Of a stretch of 64,000 nt of DNA, positions 1-11,090 are shown one piece after another. Numbering within the stretch: the first letter of the stretch is position 1; the number at the start of each line of letters is the position of its first letter. The notes under the pieces are model-generated. The model searched no databases. It was not told where the DNA came from and saw only the letters and a list, made by a program, of their open reading frames with translations. The stretch lies in the sequence record CP109674.1, one strand, 5' to 3'. Source of the stretch: a plasmid. The position numbers and the translations under genes were made by a program.

Positions 1-780
1 GAAGCACGTAGCATGCAGCTGGAGGAGGAGGTAACGCAGCTTTTACAGCGGCTTGAGCAAAGCGCTACCGATATGGATGAGCTGAAACTTGAGAATCAGG
101 CGCTACAGGGTCGATTAGAGATCCGGGACAGTACCGTCAAGGAGTTAGAAACAAGGCTGAATGTTGCCGAAGCAGAACTCGAAACCTGCCATCACCAGTT
201 AGATAGCACACGGCATGAATTAAGCCTCGCACAGCAGTCAAATGACTCACTCTCCCAGCAACTGGCTGAACGTAAAACAGAGATCGCTGGTCACCTTGAA
301 TATCAAAAAAAGCTGAACGAAGAGATCAACACTCAGCGTTCTGATAATGCCGGTCTTTCCAGACAATGCGACCAGTTAAGTCAGACTGTGTCAGATACAA
401 AGGCAGAGAGGGACAGGTTTGAACAGGAATTGATTGCTGCACAGAACCTCTGTGCTGAGCTGAAAAGTGCACTGTCCGGGAAGGAGGGTGACCTGGTGGC
501 GGTGAATGCCGAGCTTACTGAACTCCATAAACTAAACGAGTCGCTGAGCGCCGACCTGAAAAAAGTAACTTTGGTCAGCCAGGGCTATGAAGCGGAAGTG
601 GCTGAACAAAGCAGTGAATTAAAAACGCTCCAGTCCAAAGTAATGAAGCTGGAAGCTACCCTGGAGGCAGAGAAAACAATCTCAGAATCCCTGAAAGGCA
701 CCATTGATACATTGACTGGTGCAATGGCAGGGGGAGGTACTGGAAAGTCAAAACAGCCGCGTAGTAGAAAAACATCATGA
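1..780 (+). CDS. Coiled-coil protein, 3' portion only. The reading frame is open back to the window edge, so the gene probably starts upstream.
   Basis: ORF 13..780 with no stop between position 1 and 13. Heptad-rich, Q/E/L-rich translation (LEEEVTQLLQRLEQ...). Stop at 778-780. Confidence 0.45.
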   Translation, partial: EARSMQLEEEVTQLLQRLEQSATDMDELKLENQALQGRLEIRDSTVKELETRLNVAEAELETCHHQLDSTRHELSLAQQSNDSLSQQLAERKTEIAGHLEYQKKLNEEINTQRSDNAGLSRQCDQLSQTVSDTKAERDRFEQELIAAQNLCAELKSALSGKEGDLVAVNAELTELHKLNESLSADLKKVTLVSQGYEAEVAEQSSELKTLQSKVMKLEATLEAEKTISESLKGTIDTLTGAMAGGGTGKSKQPRSRKTS

Positions 781-843
781 TAAATGAAGCCAGGTTGATA
801 GACTTCTCTGCATCCCCTGGCACAGTAGACCTTCTGCGGACAT

Positions 844-1047
844 TCAGCCCGTCCGCAGGAGTTTTCGTCCTTCAGTCAACAAATGCACTACCTTTTTTGA
901 GTCTCCACTTTCCAGTGCAGAAAACACGTTACCGATTTTACCAACAGCTTGTATCTGAGTGATAACCCCAGTCTTGTAATCATCAAGGATCCCTGACAGG
1001 AAAGCGTTCAGTTTTGTCTGTTCGCTTAGTGAAAGCATGTATGACAT
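844..1047 (-). CDS. Small hypothetical protein of 67 aa, likely the third gene of a 3-gene operon.
   Basis: ATG at 1047 is preceded by GGAG about 8 nt upstream. It starts 12 nt after the stop of the 439-aa gene on the same strand. Confidence 0.35.
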   Translation of the reverse strand: MSYMLSLSEQTKLNAFLSGILDDYKTGVITQIQAVGKIGNVFSALESGDSKKVVHLLTEGRKLLRTG

Positions 1048-1059
1048 TTTTTCTCCATT

Positions 1060-2379
1060 TTAAGCAGGTGTGCCAGTTGAAAGAGGTTTACGTGATTCTG
1101 GAAAATGAGGCAGCACCATAGTTTCAGATGCTGTGGTCGCATCCCAGTGCCACCATCCATAAGGCCCATATTCACGGTTGTAATAATCTTTTTTGAGTTG
1201 CTTTCGGGCCAGATAAGCAGGAGTGGCCATACCAAATACTTCCATCGGGAACGGCTTATCGCTTTTTGTGTCGAGCAGGTAGAAGTCAGGGAACACCTCA
1301 CTAATACTCGCATCATAACGCATGGGCTTAACGTACTGCCGGTGCTCTGCATCCAGCTTTTCTGCAACAACCGCCTCATAGGAGGAGTCCAGAGGTATCC
1401 AGTTCTCGCTAACGTGCATCAGCACAATTTGATGAGCTCTTACAGAAGGGCCTCTGCCGGTTACCGCAGCTGGTGACGTCAACGCAAAGACAACTATTTT
1501 CGCCCCGGATTTCCATGCTGCGTACTCCGATGAAAATCGTTTCTTTACGCTATCCCAATGGCCTTCTGAATTGAAAAAAATCAGCGGTAGCCCCCCAAAA
1601 TTCCGCAGGGGTAAAAATTTAAGTGGCTTCTCATGCTTTTCAGCATCGTAGCGAGGTAAAACTGACAGGAGCATGAGACGTTTATCACTCATCGCCTGTG
1701 ATGAAAGACGCTGAATTTGCGACTGAGCGACAGGTTGTTTCGGGTCAGGTACACCAATGAATAAATGGTCACCTATGCAGGCTCTGCCGGTACGAATTTG
1801 TTTAGCGGTTTCAAGCAGACGATACCGTACCAGTGAATCGTTACGTTTCCCTGCCATTTTCGGGTACCAGACATTCAGACCAGACTCTGTCCACAAAAGA
1901 CTAAGCAAGCCCAGGAGGGTCATTGAGGCCTGACCTCCTTCTGGTCGCTGAACATGGGGCAGGGGAGGCACTTCTGATTTTTCAGGAGGATCTTTCTCTG
2001 TCATACCGATACCGAGCCTTACAGCCATATCACCTTCGGTTGTAATCCGGACCACACCACTCGCATATCCTTTCAGGCCGGTATGCCGGGCATCAAGGGA
2101 GAAGAATACACAGGAAGGATCATGCTCAATGCCCGTGTTAGCGGCTTTGACGAGAATAAAGGCATCACCGTTCGGTAAAGCACGAACATAAAGTCGCTTT
2201 TCTCCTTTTCCACGACATCCGCAGGTGATGACTGATTTTTGACCTGAGGTGTGGTGTGCCTTTTTAAGAGCCGACTGCCACCCTTTAGCAAACTCATCCT
2301 GCGTTTGAAAGTCAGGTGAGTACCTTTTGACGTTTGGATCGTCGTCGTAAGCAATCATCACTGCGAATTTTTGGCTCAT
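1060..2379 (-). CDS. Conserved hypothetical protein of 439 aa with a Cys-rich N-terminal motif (CGCRGKG). No family recognised.
   Basis: Long ORF with a clean RBS (AGGAGACT) before the ATG at 2379. Codon usage matches the backbone. Confidence 0.6.
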   Translation of the reverse strand: MSQKFAVMIAYDDDPNVKRYSPDFQTQDEFAKGWQSALKKAHHTSGQKSVITCGCRGKGEKRLYVRALPNGDAFILVKAANTGIEHDPSCVFFSLDARHTGLKGYASGVVRITTEGDMAVRLGIGMTEKDPPEKSEVPPLPHVQRPEGGQASMTLLGLLSLLWTESGLNVWYPKMAGKRNDSLVRYRLLETAKQIRTGRACIGDHLFIGVPDPKQPVAQSQIQRLSSQAMSDKRLMLLSVLPRYDAEKHEKPLKFLPLRNFGGLPLIFFNSEGHWDSVKKRFSSEYAAWKSGAKIVVFALTSPAAVTGRGPSVRAHQIVLMHVSENWIPLDSSYEAVVAEKLDAEHRQYVKPMRYDASISEVFPDFYLLDTKSDKPFPMEVFGMATPAYLARKQLKKDYYNREYGPYGWWHWDATTASETMVLPHFPESRKPLSTGTPA

Positions 2380-2402
2380 AGTAGTCTCCTAAACAGGAAG
2401 TT

Positions 2403-2570
2403 TAATATCCCAACCAAAGCAACACTTCCTGAGCGTCATACTGTTCCTTTACGCCCATGTCGCTAAAGAATTCTTCGAAATCTGTTTCGGGAACGCAATG
2501 CCTGGACAGTTCTTGTAATGCTCGTTCTTTAGATACCGTCTCACCTTCAGCTGATTCGAAATACGTCATG
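2403..2570 (-). CDS. Small acidic hypothetical protein of 55 aa (MTYFESAEGETVSKERALQELSRHCVPETDFEEFFSDMGVKEQYDAQEVLLWLGY).
   Basis: Manually translated from the minus strand. Its stop lies 23 nt upstream of the 439-aa gene start. It is absent from the ORF track because it is under 60 aa. Confidence 0.4.
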
Positions 2571-2710
2571 GTTGACCTCTGACATTATTACAACAATCTT
2601 AAGCATTTAAATTGATGAAGGAGCTCAGGTCAGCTGACTTCGTCGTAAAACTGCCGCAAGCGCTGGGAGGCTGCAAATTCAATTCGAGACTTCAGCAGTT
2701 TGGCGACGGC

Positions 2711-3773
2711 CGCAAAGAGGCTTTGTTGAATAAATCAGATTTCGGGTAAGTCTCCCCCGTAGCGGGTTGTGTTTTCAGGCAATACGCACGCTTTCAGGCA
2801 TACCTGCTTTCGTCATTTTGTTCAGCGCTCGTACCAGGGCCATAGCCTCCGCAACCTGACCATCGTAGTCACGCAGCGTCAGTGAACCCCCGAACAGCTG
2901 TTTTACCCGGTACATCGCCGTTTCCGCTATCGAGCGACGGTTGTAATCTGTTGTCCATTTCCACCGCGCATTACTCCCGGTCATTCGCTGATTAGCCACT
3001 GCACGGTTACGGTCTGCATATTCACCGGGCCAGTAACCCGCACCTTTTCGGGGTGGGATAAGCGCGCTGATTTTCTTACGCCGCAGTTCATCGTGACAGA
3101 GCCGGGTGTCGTAAGCGCCGTCTGCCGATGCTGCCCTGATTTTTCTGTGAGTCTGCCGGATAAGACCCGGGAAGGCTTCTGAGTCCGTCACATTGTTCAG
3201 CGACAGGTCTGCACAGATGATTTCATGTGTGTTGCTGTCAACTGCCAGATGCAACTTTCGCCATATACGACGGCGTTCCTGGCCATGCTTTTTGACTTTC
3301 CACTCGCCTTCACCAAAGACCTTCAGCCCGGTGGAATCAATCACCAGATGCGCGATTTCACCCCGGGTGAACGTTTTGAAACTGACGTTAACCGACTTTG
3401 CCCGCCTGCTGACACAGCTGTAATCCGGGCAGCGTAGCGGAACGTTCATCAGAGAAAAAATGGAATCAATAAAGCCCTGCGCAGCGCGCAGGGTCAGCCT
3501 GAATACGCGTTTAATGACCAGCACAGTCGTGATGGCAAGGTCAGAATAGCGCTGAGGTCTGCCTCGTGAAGAAGGTGTTGCTGACTCATACCAGGCCTGA
3601 ATAGCTTCATCATCCAGCCAGAAAGTTATGGAGCCACGGTTGATGAGGGCTTTATTGTAGGTGGGCCAGTTGGTGATTTTGAACTTTTGCTTTGCCACGG
3701 AACGGTCTGCGTTGTCGGGAAGATGCGTGATCTGATCCTTCAACTCAGCAAAAGTTCGATTTATTCAACAAAG
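2711..3773 (-). mobile_element. IS903 (IS5 family), copy 1.
   Basis: Terminal inverted repeats GGCTTTGTTGAATAAATC at both ends (2711-2728 and 3756-3773). The internal transposase ORF is recognisable as IS903. Confidence 0.85.
2775..3698 (-). CDS. IS903 transposase, 307-aa form from a GTG start. The ORF track shows an extended 322-aa form ending at 3743.
   Basis: Translation (V/M)AKQKFKITNWPTYNKALINRGSITFWLDDEAIQAWYESATPSSRGRPQRYSDLAI... matches the IS903 transposase as recalled. Confidence 0.85.
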   Translation of the reverse strand: MAKQKFKITNWPTYNKALINRGSITFWLDDEAIQAWYESATPSSRGRPQRYSDLAITTVLVIKRVFRLTLRAAQGFIDSIFSLMNVPLRCPDYSCVSRRAKSVNVSFKTFTRGEIAHLVIDSTGLKVFGEGEWKVKKHGQERRRIWRKLHLAVDSNTHEIICADLSLNNVTDSEAFPGLIRQTHRKIRAASADGAYDTRLCHDELRRKKISALIPPRKGAGYWPGEYADRNRAVANQRMTGSNARWKWTTDYNRRSIAETAMYRVKQLFGGSLTLRDYDGQVAEAMALVRALNKMTKAGMPESVRIA

Positions 3774-4349
3774 CCGCCCCGCAGAGTCCGGAACGCTGAT
3801 ACGGATCCATATCATTAGTAACAGCGAAAGTACTGACATAATACCGAACGTCAGGCGCCAGCCAAGATAATGCCCAAGCCAGGTTCCCAGCGGAACGCCT
3901 AGTGAGAGCGCCAGCGGTGTCCCAGCCATGGCTATCGCCATAGCCCGACCCTGATGAAGCGGCTCAACAATTCGGCGTGAAAACCCCGCCAGCAGGCTCC
4001 ACGCCAGTCCCGCAGCCGCCCCGGCCCCCAAACGCGCTAACAGGGTCAGGTAAACATTTGATGAAAGTGCGGTAATGGTATTAAAAATGAAGAATCCCGC
4101 TACGGTCATTAATAAGACATATTTCCGATTCCACGACCGGGTAACGATAGTTAACGGAATAGCGGCAAATAATGACCCGAGGGCGTAGACGGTGACCCAC
4201 TGGCCTGCGCTAGCCAGCGAAATATTCATTCCCTTACTGATTTCTGGCAATAATCCTGCTGGAATAGTTTCCGTCATGATGCAAATAAATCCGGTCATCG
4301 CAAAAGCCATTAATGGCATATAGGGAAATGTGTCATTCATTTTCTGCAT
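3774..4349 (-). pseudogene. MFS transporter gene, 3'-truncated by the IS903 copy-1 insertion.
   Basis: The 194-aa ORF has about 6 TM helices and MFS-like N-terminal motifs. The reading frame runs straight into the IS903 inverted repeat and only reaches a stop inside it at 3765. Confidence 0.6.
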
Positions 4350-4426
4350 TTTGCAATACCGTTAATGTTTAATTAAGCCTGCCAGGTGCGCAGGCTTAGC
4401 GCCTAATAGAGTAGATCGTTAGTCAA

Positions 4427-5584
4427 TTAAAGTGCCATGTTCAGTATTGTTTCCGCCACTTCAGCAGTAATTTTTCCATGTTCACCTAATGCGATGTGCC
4501 CATGTTCTTTTAACTTGCCGATAACAGCTGAAATATCTTCCGCGCCCAGACCATAATCAGAAAGTCGGGTTTTAACGCCCATCAGTTCAAAAAATTCCAC
4601 GGTGGCATTGATAGCCTCATCGGCCATTTTTTCGCTATCAGACTCAGGAATATTCCAGACACGCGCACCGTACTGAGCCAGCTTTTCTGCTTTTTCCTTT
4701 TTGCACAAGCGCCATAGTGCAGGCATAACGATAGCGAGGGTACGGGCGTGGTCGATTCCGTATAATGCAGTAATTTCCTGGCCAATCATGTGAGAAGCCC
4801 AGTCAGTTGGGACACCTGCGCTCAACATTCCATTCAGGGCCATCGTCGCAGCCCACATGATGTTAGCTCTGGCGTCGTAGTTCTGTGGATTTTTAAGGGC
4901 TACTGGGCCTTCTTCTTTCAGCGTGCTCAGCAGTCCTTCCGCCAGGCGATCCTGCACCTTAGCGTTAACCGGGTAAGTAATGTATTGCTCAAGAACGTGG
5001 ACAAAGGCATCAACAACCCCGTTTGCGGTTTGTTGTTCAGGCAGCGTGTAGGTCATTTCCGGTTCGAGCACTGAAAATTTCGGCATAACGTAAGGGGAGG
5101 TGAAAAAGAGTTTATCCTGGGTGGTCACCCGATTAATCACCGCCGTGTTATTCATCTCTGAACCCGTGGCCGCCAGGGTCAGCACGCATCCAAAAGGGAG
5201 AGCTTGTTTCACCACGCCGCCATAACTCTTGACGATCTCCCATGGATCATTTTCGTAGAGGGCTGCGGCGGCAATAAATTTAGTCCCGTCGATCACTGAA
5301 CCGCCGCCCACGGCCAGAAGAAAATCAATTTTTTCTGTTCTGACAATCTCAACGGCTTTCATCAGGGTTTCATAATGAGGGTTTGCTTCTACACCGCCAA
5401 ACTCATAAACCAGGGTGTTTGTCAGGGACTCTTTTACGCGTTTCAATATACCGTGTTTTATAACGCTGCCCCCGCCATAGACAATCATGACCTTTTTACC
5501 CTGCGGGACTTCTTGTGCTAACGCAGAAATTTGATCGCGACCAAAAAGAATTTTTACCGGATTATGATAGATAAAATCTTGCAT
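4427..5584 (-). CDS. Iron-containing (group III) alcohol dehydrogenase.
   Basis: Translation MQDFIYHNPVKILFG...GGGSVIDGTKFIAAA... carries an Fe-ADH signature. RBS GAGGT precedes the ATG at 5584. The longer ORF-track start at 5662 lacks an RBS. Confidence 0.8.
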   Translation of the reverse strand: MQDFIYHNPVKILFGRDQISALAQEVPQGKKVMIVYGGGSVIKHGILKRVKESLTNTLVYEFGGVEANPHYETLMKAVEIVRTEKIDFLLAVGGGSVIDGTKFIAAAALYENDPWEIVKSYGGVVKQALPFGCVLTLAATGSEMNNTAVINRVTTQDKLFFTSPYVMPKFSVLEPEMTYTLPEQQTANGVVDAFVHVLEQYITYPVNAKVQDRLAEGLLSTLKEEGPVALKNPQNYDARANIMWAATMALNGMLSAGVPTDWASHMIGQEITALYGIDHARTLAIVMPALWRLCKKEKAEKLAQYGARVWNIPESDSEKMADEAINATVEFFELMGVKTRLSDYGLGAEDISAVIGKLKEHGHIALGEHGKITAEVAETILNMAL

Positions 5585-5777
5585 AATGATTACCTCATTT
5601 TCAGAATTAAAAGCCGTCACTACAACGAGGACATATTCACGTCGTGGAATATAAAGTACCATTTTGAATTTTATTTATTAATCAACATAAATTTCACTTA
5701 CTTGTGAAATTTATTTGATAATTAATGACAGACTGGTACGCTGACGTCTCCAGTAGGGACCGAGGAGGAGGAATCGT

Positions 5778-6671
5778 GTGGATGAATTAAAGGTTTTTTT
5801 AACAGTGGCCAGGCTGAAAAGCTTTACCAAAGCCGCAGCTGAAATAGGTGTGACACCCTCAGCCATCAGCCACACGGTGAAATCTCTTGAGGAAAGGCTT
5901 GGGATCCGCCTGCTGGCCAGAACCACCCGCAGTATCTCCACTACGGAAGCAGGTGAAAGGCTCATTAACGAAGTTGGCCCGTTAATGGAACAGGTTGATG
6001 ATGCTATTAGTCGGTTGAGTGAGCTTAGGGAAAAACCCACTGGCGTCATACGCCTCACGGCGGCAGATGATGTTATCCAGTATTTGATCCGTCCTGTATT
6101 ACCGGACTTTCTGAGTCGCTACCCAGATATTCAGATTGAAATCGGCATTGACTATGGATTTACAGATATTGTTGATCAGCGTTTTGATGCCGGGATTCGT
6201 CCGGGCGATGTTCTGAATAATGATATGATTGCCGCAAAAATAAGCCAGAACTGGCGCCAGCTTGTTGTTGCTGCACCAGATTATTTTAAGCGTTATGCTA
6301 AGCCCAGGAAGCCGCAGGATCTTTTGAACCACAACTGCATTAACGTCCGCTATTCTGATACGAGTGGATTGTACGCCTGGGAATTCGAGAAAGATGCTCA
6401 GAAATTCAGTCTGAAAGTCAAAGGGCAATATATTGCGAACAGCACGATTCATCAGCTCGATGCAGCATTAGACGGGCTGGGGATTGCCTATATTCCCGAG
6501 TATGTTGCAGATGGATATATCAAAAGCGGCAAGCTGATTGCTGTTCTGACCGAGTGGTGTCCATATTTTGACGGCTACCATATTTATTATCCTCACCGCC
6601 GACAGGATTCTCCTGCGTTTATGGCTTTTCTGCAACTTTTGCGCGACAGGTACAATAATGGAATAAGATAA
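5778..6671 (+). CDS. LysR-family transcriptional regulator.
   Basis: N-terminal HTH ([36 protein letters not shown]) followed by a LysR substrate-binding domain. GTG start with GAGGAGGAGGA RBS. It is divergent from the ADH gene. Confidence 0.8.
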   Translation: MDELKVFLTVARLKSFTKAAAEIGVTPSAISHTVKSLEERLGIRLLARTTRSISTTEAGERLINEVGPLMEQVDDAISRLSELREKPTGVIRLTAADDVIQYLIRPVLPDFLSRYPDIQIEIGIDYGFTDIVDQRFDAGIRPGDVLNNDMIAAKISQNWRQLVVAAPDYFKRYAKPRKPQDLLNHNCINVRYSDTSGLYAWEFEKDAQKFSLKVKGQYIANSTIHQLDAALDGLGIAYIPEYVADGYIKSGKLIAVLTEWCPYFDGYHIYYPHRRQDSPAFMAFLQLLRDRYNNGIR

Positions 6672-6807
6672 ATTTATGAGTAAAGGATTATGTCCACGAT
6701 AAGCACCTGGGTCGATTCCTGGGAGGCGGCCATGAGGGTAGGGAAGCGCCGTCCCGTCAAGTCAGCGTAATGCTCTGCCAGTGTTACAACCAATTAACCA
6801 ATTCTGA

Positions 6808-7623
6808 TTAGAAAAACTCATCGAGCATCAAATGAAACTGCAATTTATTCATATCAGGATTATCAATACCATATTTTTGAAAAAGCCGTTTCTGTAATGA
6901 AGGAGAAAACTCACCGAGGCAGTTCCATAGGATGGCAAGATCCTGGTATCGGTCTGCGATTCCGACTCGTCCAACATCAATACAACCTATTAATTTCCCC
7001 TCGTCAAAAATAAGGTTATCAAGTGAGAAATCACCATGAGTGACGACTGAATCCGGTGAGAATGGCAAAAGCTTATGCATTTCTTTCCAGACTTGTTCAA
7101 CAGGCCAGCCATTACGCTCGTCATCAAAATCACTCGCATCAACCAAACCGTTATTCATTCGTGATTGCGCCTGAGCGAGACGAAATACGCGATCGCTGTT
7201 AAAAGGACAATTACAAACAGGAATCGAATGCAACCGGCGCAGGAACGCTGCCAGCGCATCAACAATATTTTCACCTGAATCAGGATATTCTTCTAATACC
7301 TGGAATGCTGTTTTCCCGGGGATCGCAGTGGTGAGTAACCATGCATCATCAGGAGTACGGATAAAATGCTTGATGGTCGGAAGAGGCATAAATGCCGTCA
7401 GCCAGTTTAGTCTGACCATCTCATCTGTAACATCATTGGCAACGCTACCTTTGCCATGTTTCAGAAACAACTCTGGCGCATCGGGCTTCCCATACAATCG
7501 ATAGATTGTCGCACCTGATTGCCCGACATTATCGCGAGCCCATCTATACCCATATAAATCAACATCCAGGTTGGAATTTAATCGCGGCCTCGAGCAAGAC
7601 GTTTCCCGTTGAATATGGCTCAT
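6808..7623 (-). CDS. aph(3')-Ia: Aminoglycoside 3'-phosphotransferase APH(3')-Ia, the kanamycin/neomycin resistance gene of Tn903.
   Basis: The 271-aa translation MSHIQRETSCSRPRLNSNLDVDLYGYRWARDNVGQSGATIYRLYGKPDAPELFLKHGKGSVAND... matches the Tn903/pUC4K kanamycin-resistance protein as recalled. The flanking nucleotide sequence also matches the Tn903 cassette. Confidence 0.95.
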   Translation of the reverse strand: MSHIQRETSCSRPRLNSNLDVDLYGYRWARDNVGQSGATIYRLYGKPDAPELFLKHGKGSVANDVTDEMVRLNWLTAFMPLPTIKHFIRTPDDAWLLTTAIPGKTAFQVLEEYPDSGENIVDALAAFLRRLHSIPVCNCPFNSDRVFRLAQAQSRMNNGLVDASDFDDERNGWPVEQVWKEMHKLLPFSPDSVVTHGDFSLDNLIFDEGKLIGCIDVGRVGIADRYQDLAILWNCLGEFSPSLQKRLFQKYGIDNPDMNKLQFHLMLDEFF

Positions 7624-7727
7624 AACACCCCTTGTATTACTGTTTATGTAAGCAGACAGTTTTATTGTTCATGATGATATATTTTTATCTTGTGCAATGT
7701 AACATCAGAGATTTTGAGACACAACGT

Positions 7728-8784
7728 GGCTTTGTTGAATAAATCAGATTTCGGGTAAGTCTCCCCCGTAGCGGGTTGTGTTTTCAGGCAATACGCACGC
7801 TTTCAGGCATACCTGCTTTCGTCATTTTGTTCAGCGCTCGTACCAGGGCCATAGCCTCCGCAACCTGACCATCGTAGTCACGCAGCGTCAGTGAACCCCC
7901 GAACAGCTGTTTTACCCGGTACATCGCCGTTTCCGCTATCGAGCGACGGTTGTAATCTGTTGTCCATTTCCACCGCGCATTACTCCCGGTCATTCGCTGA
8001 TTAGCCACTGCACGGTTACGGTCTGCATATTCACCGGGCCAGTAACCCGCGCCTTTTCGGGGCGGGATAAGCGCGCTGATTTTCTTACGCCGCAGTTCAT
8101 CGTGACAGAGCCGGGTGTCGTAAGCGCCGTCTGCCGATGCTGCCCTGATTTTTCTGTGAGTCTGCCGGATAAGACCCGGGAAGGCTTCTGAGTCCGTCAC
8201 ATTGTTCAGCGACAGGTCTGCACAGATGATTTCATGTGTTTTACTGTCAACGGCGAGATGCAGCTTACGCCAGATACGGCGGCGTTCCTGGCCATGCTTT
8301 TTGACTTTCCACTCGCCTTCACCGAAGACCTTCAGCCCGGTGGAATCAATCACCAGATGCGCGATTTCACCCCGGGTGGGCGTTTTGAAACTGACATTAA
8401 CCGACTTTGCCCGCCTGCTGACACAGCTGTAATCCGGGCAGCGTAGCGGAACGTTCATCAGAGAAAAAATGGAATCAATAAAGCCCTGCGCAGCGCGCAG
8501 GGTCAGCCTGAACACGCGTTTAATGACCAGCACAGTCGTGATGGCAAGGTCAGAATAGCGCTGAGGTCTGCCTCGTGAAGAAGGTGTTGCTGACTCATAC
8601 CAGGCCTGAATAGCTTCATCATCCAGCCAGAAAGTTATGGAGCCACGGTTGATGAGGGCTTTATTGTAGGTGGGCCAGTTGGTGATTTTGAACTTTTGCT
8701 TTGCCACGGAACGGTCTGCGTTGTCGGGAAGATACGTGATCTGATCCTTCAACTCAGCAAAAGTTCGATTTATTCAACAAAGCC
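7728..8784 (-). mobile_element. IS903, copy 2, in the same orientation as copy 1.
   Basis: Inverted repeat GGCTTTGTTGAATAAATC at 7728-7745, with its complement ending at 8784. About 97-98% identical to copy 1, with a clustered divergent patch. Confidence 0.85.
7784..8707 (-). CDS. IS903 transposase (copy 2).
   Basis: Same translation as copy 1 with a few substitutions (KTPTRGE, DSKTHE). Confidence 0.85.
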   Translation of the reverse strand: MAKQKFKITNWPTYNKALINRGSITFWLDDEAIQAWYESATPSSRGRPQRYSDLAITTVLVIKRVFRLTLRAAQGFIDSIFSLMNVPLRCPDYSCVSRRAKSVNVSFKTPTRGEIAHLVIDSTGLKVFGEGEWKVKKHGQERRRIWRKLHLAVDSKTHEIICADLSLNNVTDSEAFPGLIRQTHRKIRAASADGAYDTRLCHDELRRKKISALIPPRKGAGYWPGEYADRNRAVANQRMTGSNARWKWTTDYNRRSIAETAMYRVKQLFGGSLTLRDYDGQVAEAMALVRALNKMTKAGMPESVRIA

Positions 8785-9186
8785 GTTTTGAAACTGACGT
8801 TAACCGACTTTGCCCGCCTGCTGACACAGCTGTAATCCGGGCAGCGTAGCGGAACGTTCATCAGAGAAAAAATGGAATCAATAAAGCCCTGCGCAGCGCG
8901 CAGGGTCAGCCTGAATACGCGTTTAATGACCAGCACAGTCGTGATGGCAAGGTCAGAATAGCGCTGAGGTCTGCCTCGTGAAGAAGGTGTTGCTGACTCA
9001 TACCAGGCCTGAATAGCTTCATCATCCAGCCAGAAAGTTATGGAGCCACGGTTGATGAGGGCTTTATTGTAGGTGGGCCAGTTGGTGATTTTGAACTTTT
9101 GCTTTGCCACGGAACGGTCTGCGTTGTCGGGAAGATGCGTGATCTGATCCTTCAACTCAGCAAAAGTTCGATTTATTCAACAAAGC
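8785..9186 (-). mobile_element. Truncated IS903: only the right-hand 402 bp (transposase N-terminal end plus inverted repeat), abutting copy 2 head-to-tail.
   Basis: Sequence 8785-9186 matches copy-1 positions about 3373-3773, including copy-1-specific bases (gacgttaacc, gatgcgtg). It ends with the inverted repeat ...TTATTCAACAAAGCC at 9186. The 133-aa ORF 8754..9155 is the N-terminal 126 aa of the transposase. Confidence 0.8.
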
Positions 9187-9632
9187 CGATAGACTTTCCT
9201 CCGACTGAAACAACAGGATGATTGAGCCCATGCTTCGATACGAGTTAACGCCGAACAATGCAGGTTTTATACTGTGGGGAGATTCAGAAGCCCTGAATGA
9301 ATTACATGAACTCATTCATTACATCGTGGATGAAAGCCCACTGATTAAAGTTAAAGACGGATTTATGTTATCCCTTGCCTATGATATTCGTAAAGCACGG
9401 GAAGGTAATCGTCGTGTTGAGCAACATCAGTATGATCAACATGATACATATAAGCTTTATGGTGTTGAGCTTTTATGGCCTCTGGTCCTGGTACAGTCCT
9501 CAATACTCAGAAACTCAATGGGTTATATTCAGACAGACAAAAACCAGCTGTCTGTCATGTATGCCTTTGAATACCTGATAGAATCAGCATTAACAGAGTC
9601 TGAGAGAACAACGTCGAATGATATTATGCTAA

Positions 9633-10828
<1,196 letters not shown>

Positions 10829-11090
10829 CTAACAGTAAAATATGCATCAGACTCTGATTTTAATTTCATTGAGGATAATATTGACAGCAGGTGCTGCTAT
10901 TTTATCAGCCTATCTCCGGAGCAAAGAAAAAAGCAGTTAATCAGTATTGTTCGTTCTTTTCATTCATTATGGGGTAAGTATGCCCGTGAAAAGCAGGACA
11001 TAAAGATGCTGAACGAAATGAATAATACATCATGGGTCTGGCCGGACAATATCAACTGGTGAGCAACCACTGTCCGGCCAGTGAGTACCA

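Noticed and set aside
2711-8784. A canonical Tn903 composite transposon call.
   Set aside because: The two IS903 copies are in direct rather than inverted orientation. They are separated from aph(3')-Ia on one side by 3 kb of unrelated genes. The aph-distal IS903 of Tn903 is absent.
9375-9578. A 67-aa ORF nested in the IS5-disrupted gene.
   Set aside because: It is an alternative frame inside the longer, better-supported 9218.. reading frame.
11038-11082. The inverted repeat TGGCCGGACA...TGTCCGGCCA as a possible terminal inverted repeat of the ISNCY element.
   Set aside because: Both arms lie at the 3' end of, or just after, the IS5-disrupted gene. No matching repeat is present at the other side of the transposase (around 12.5-12.7 kb). 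It is more likely a terminator-like hairpin, so the IS ends are left unresolved.
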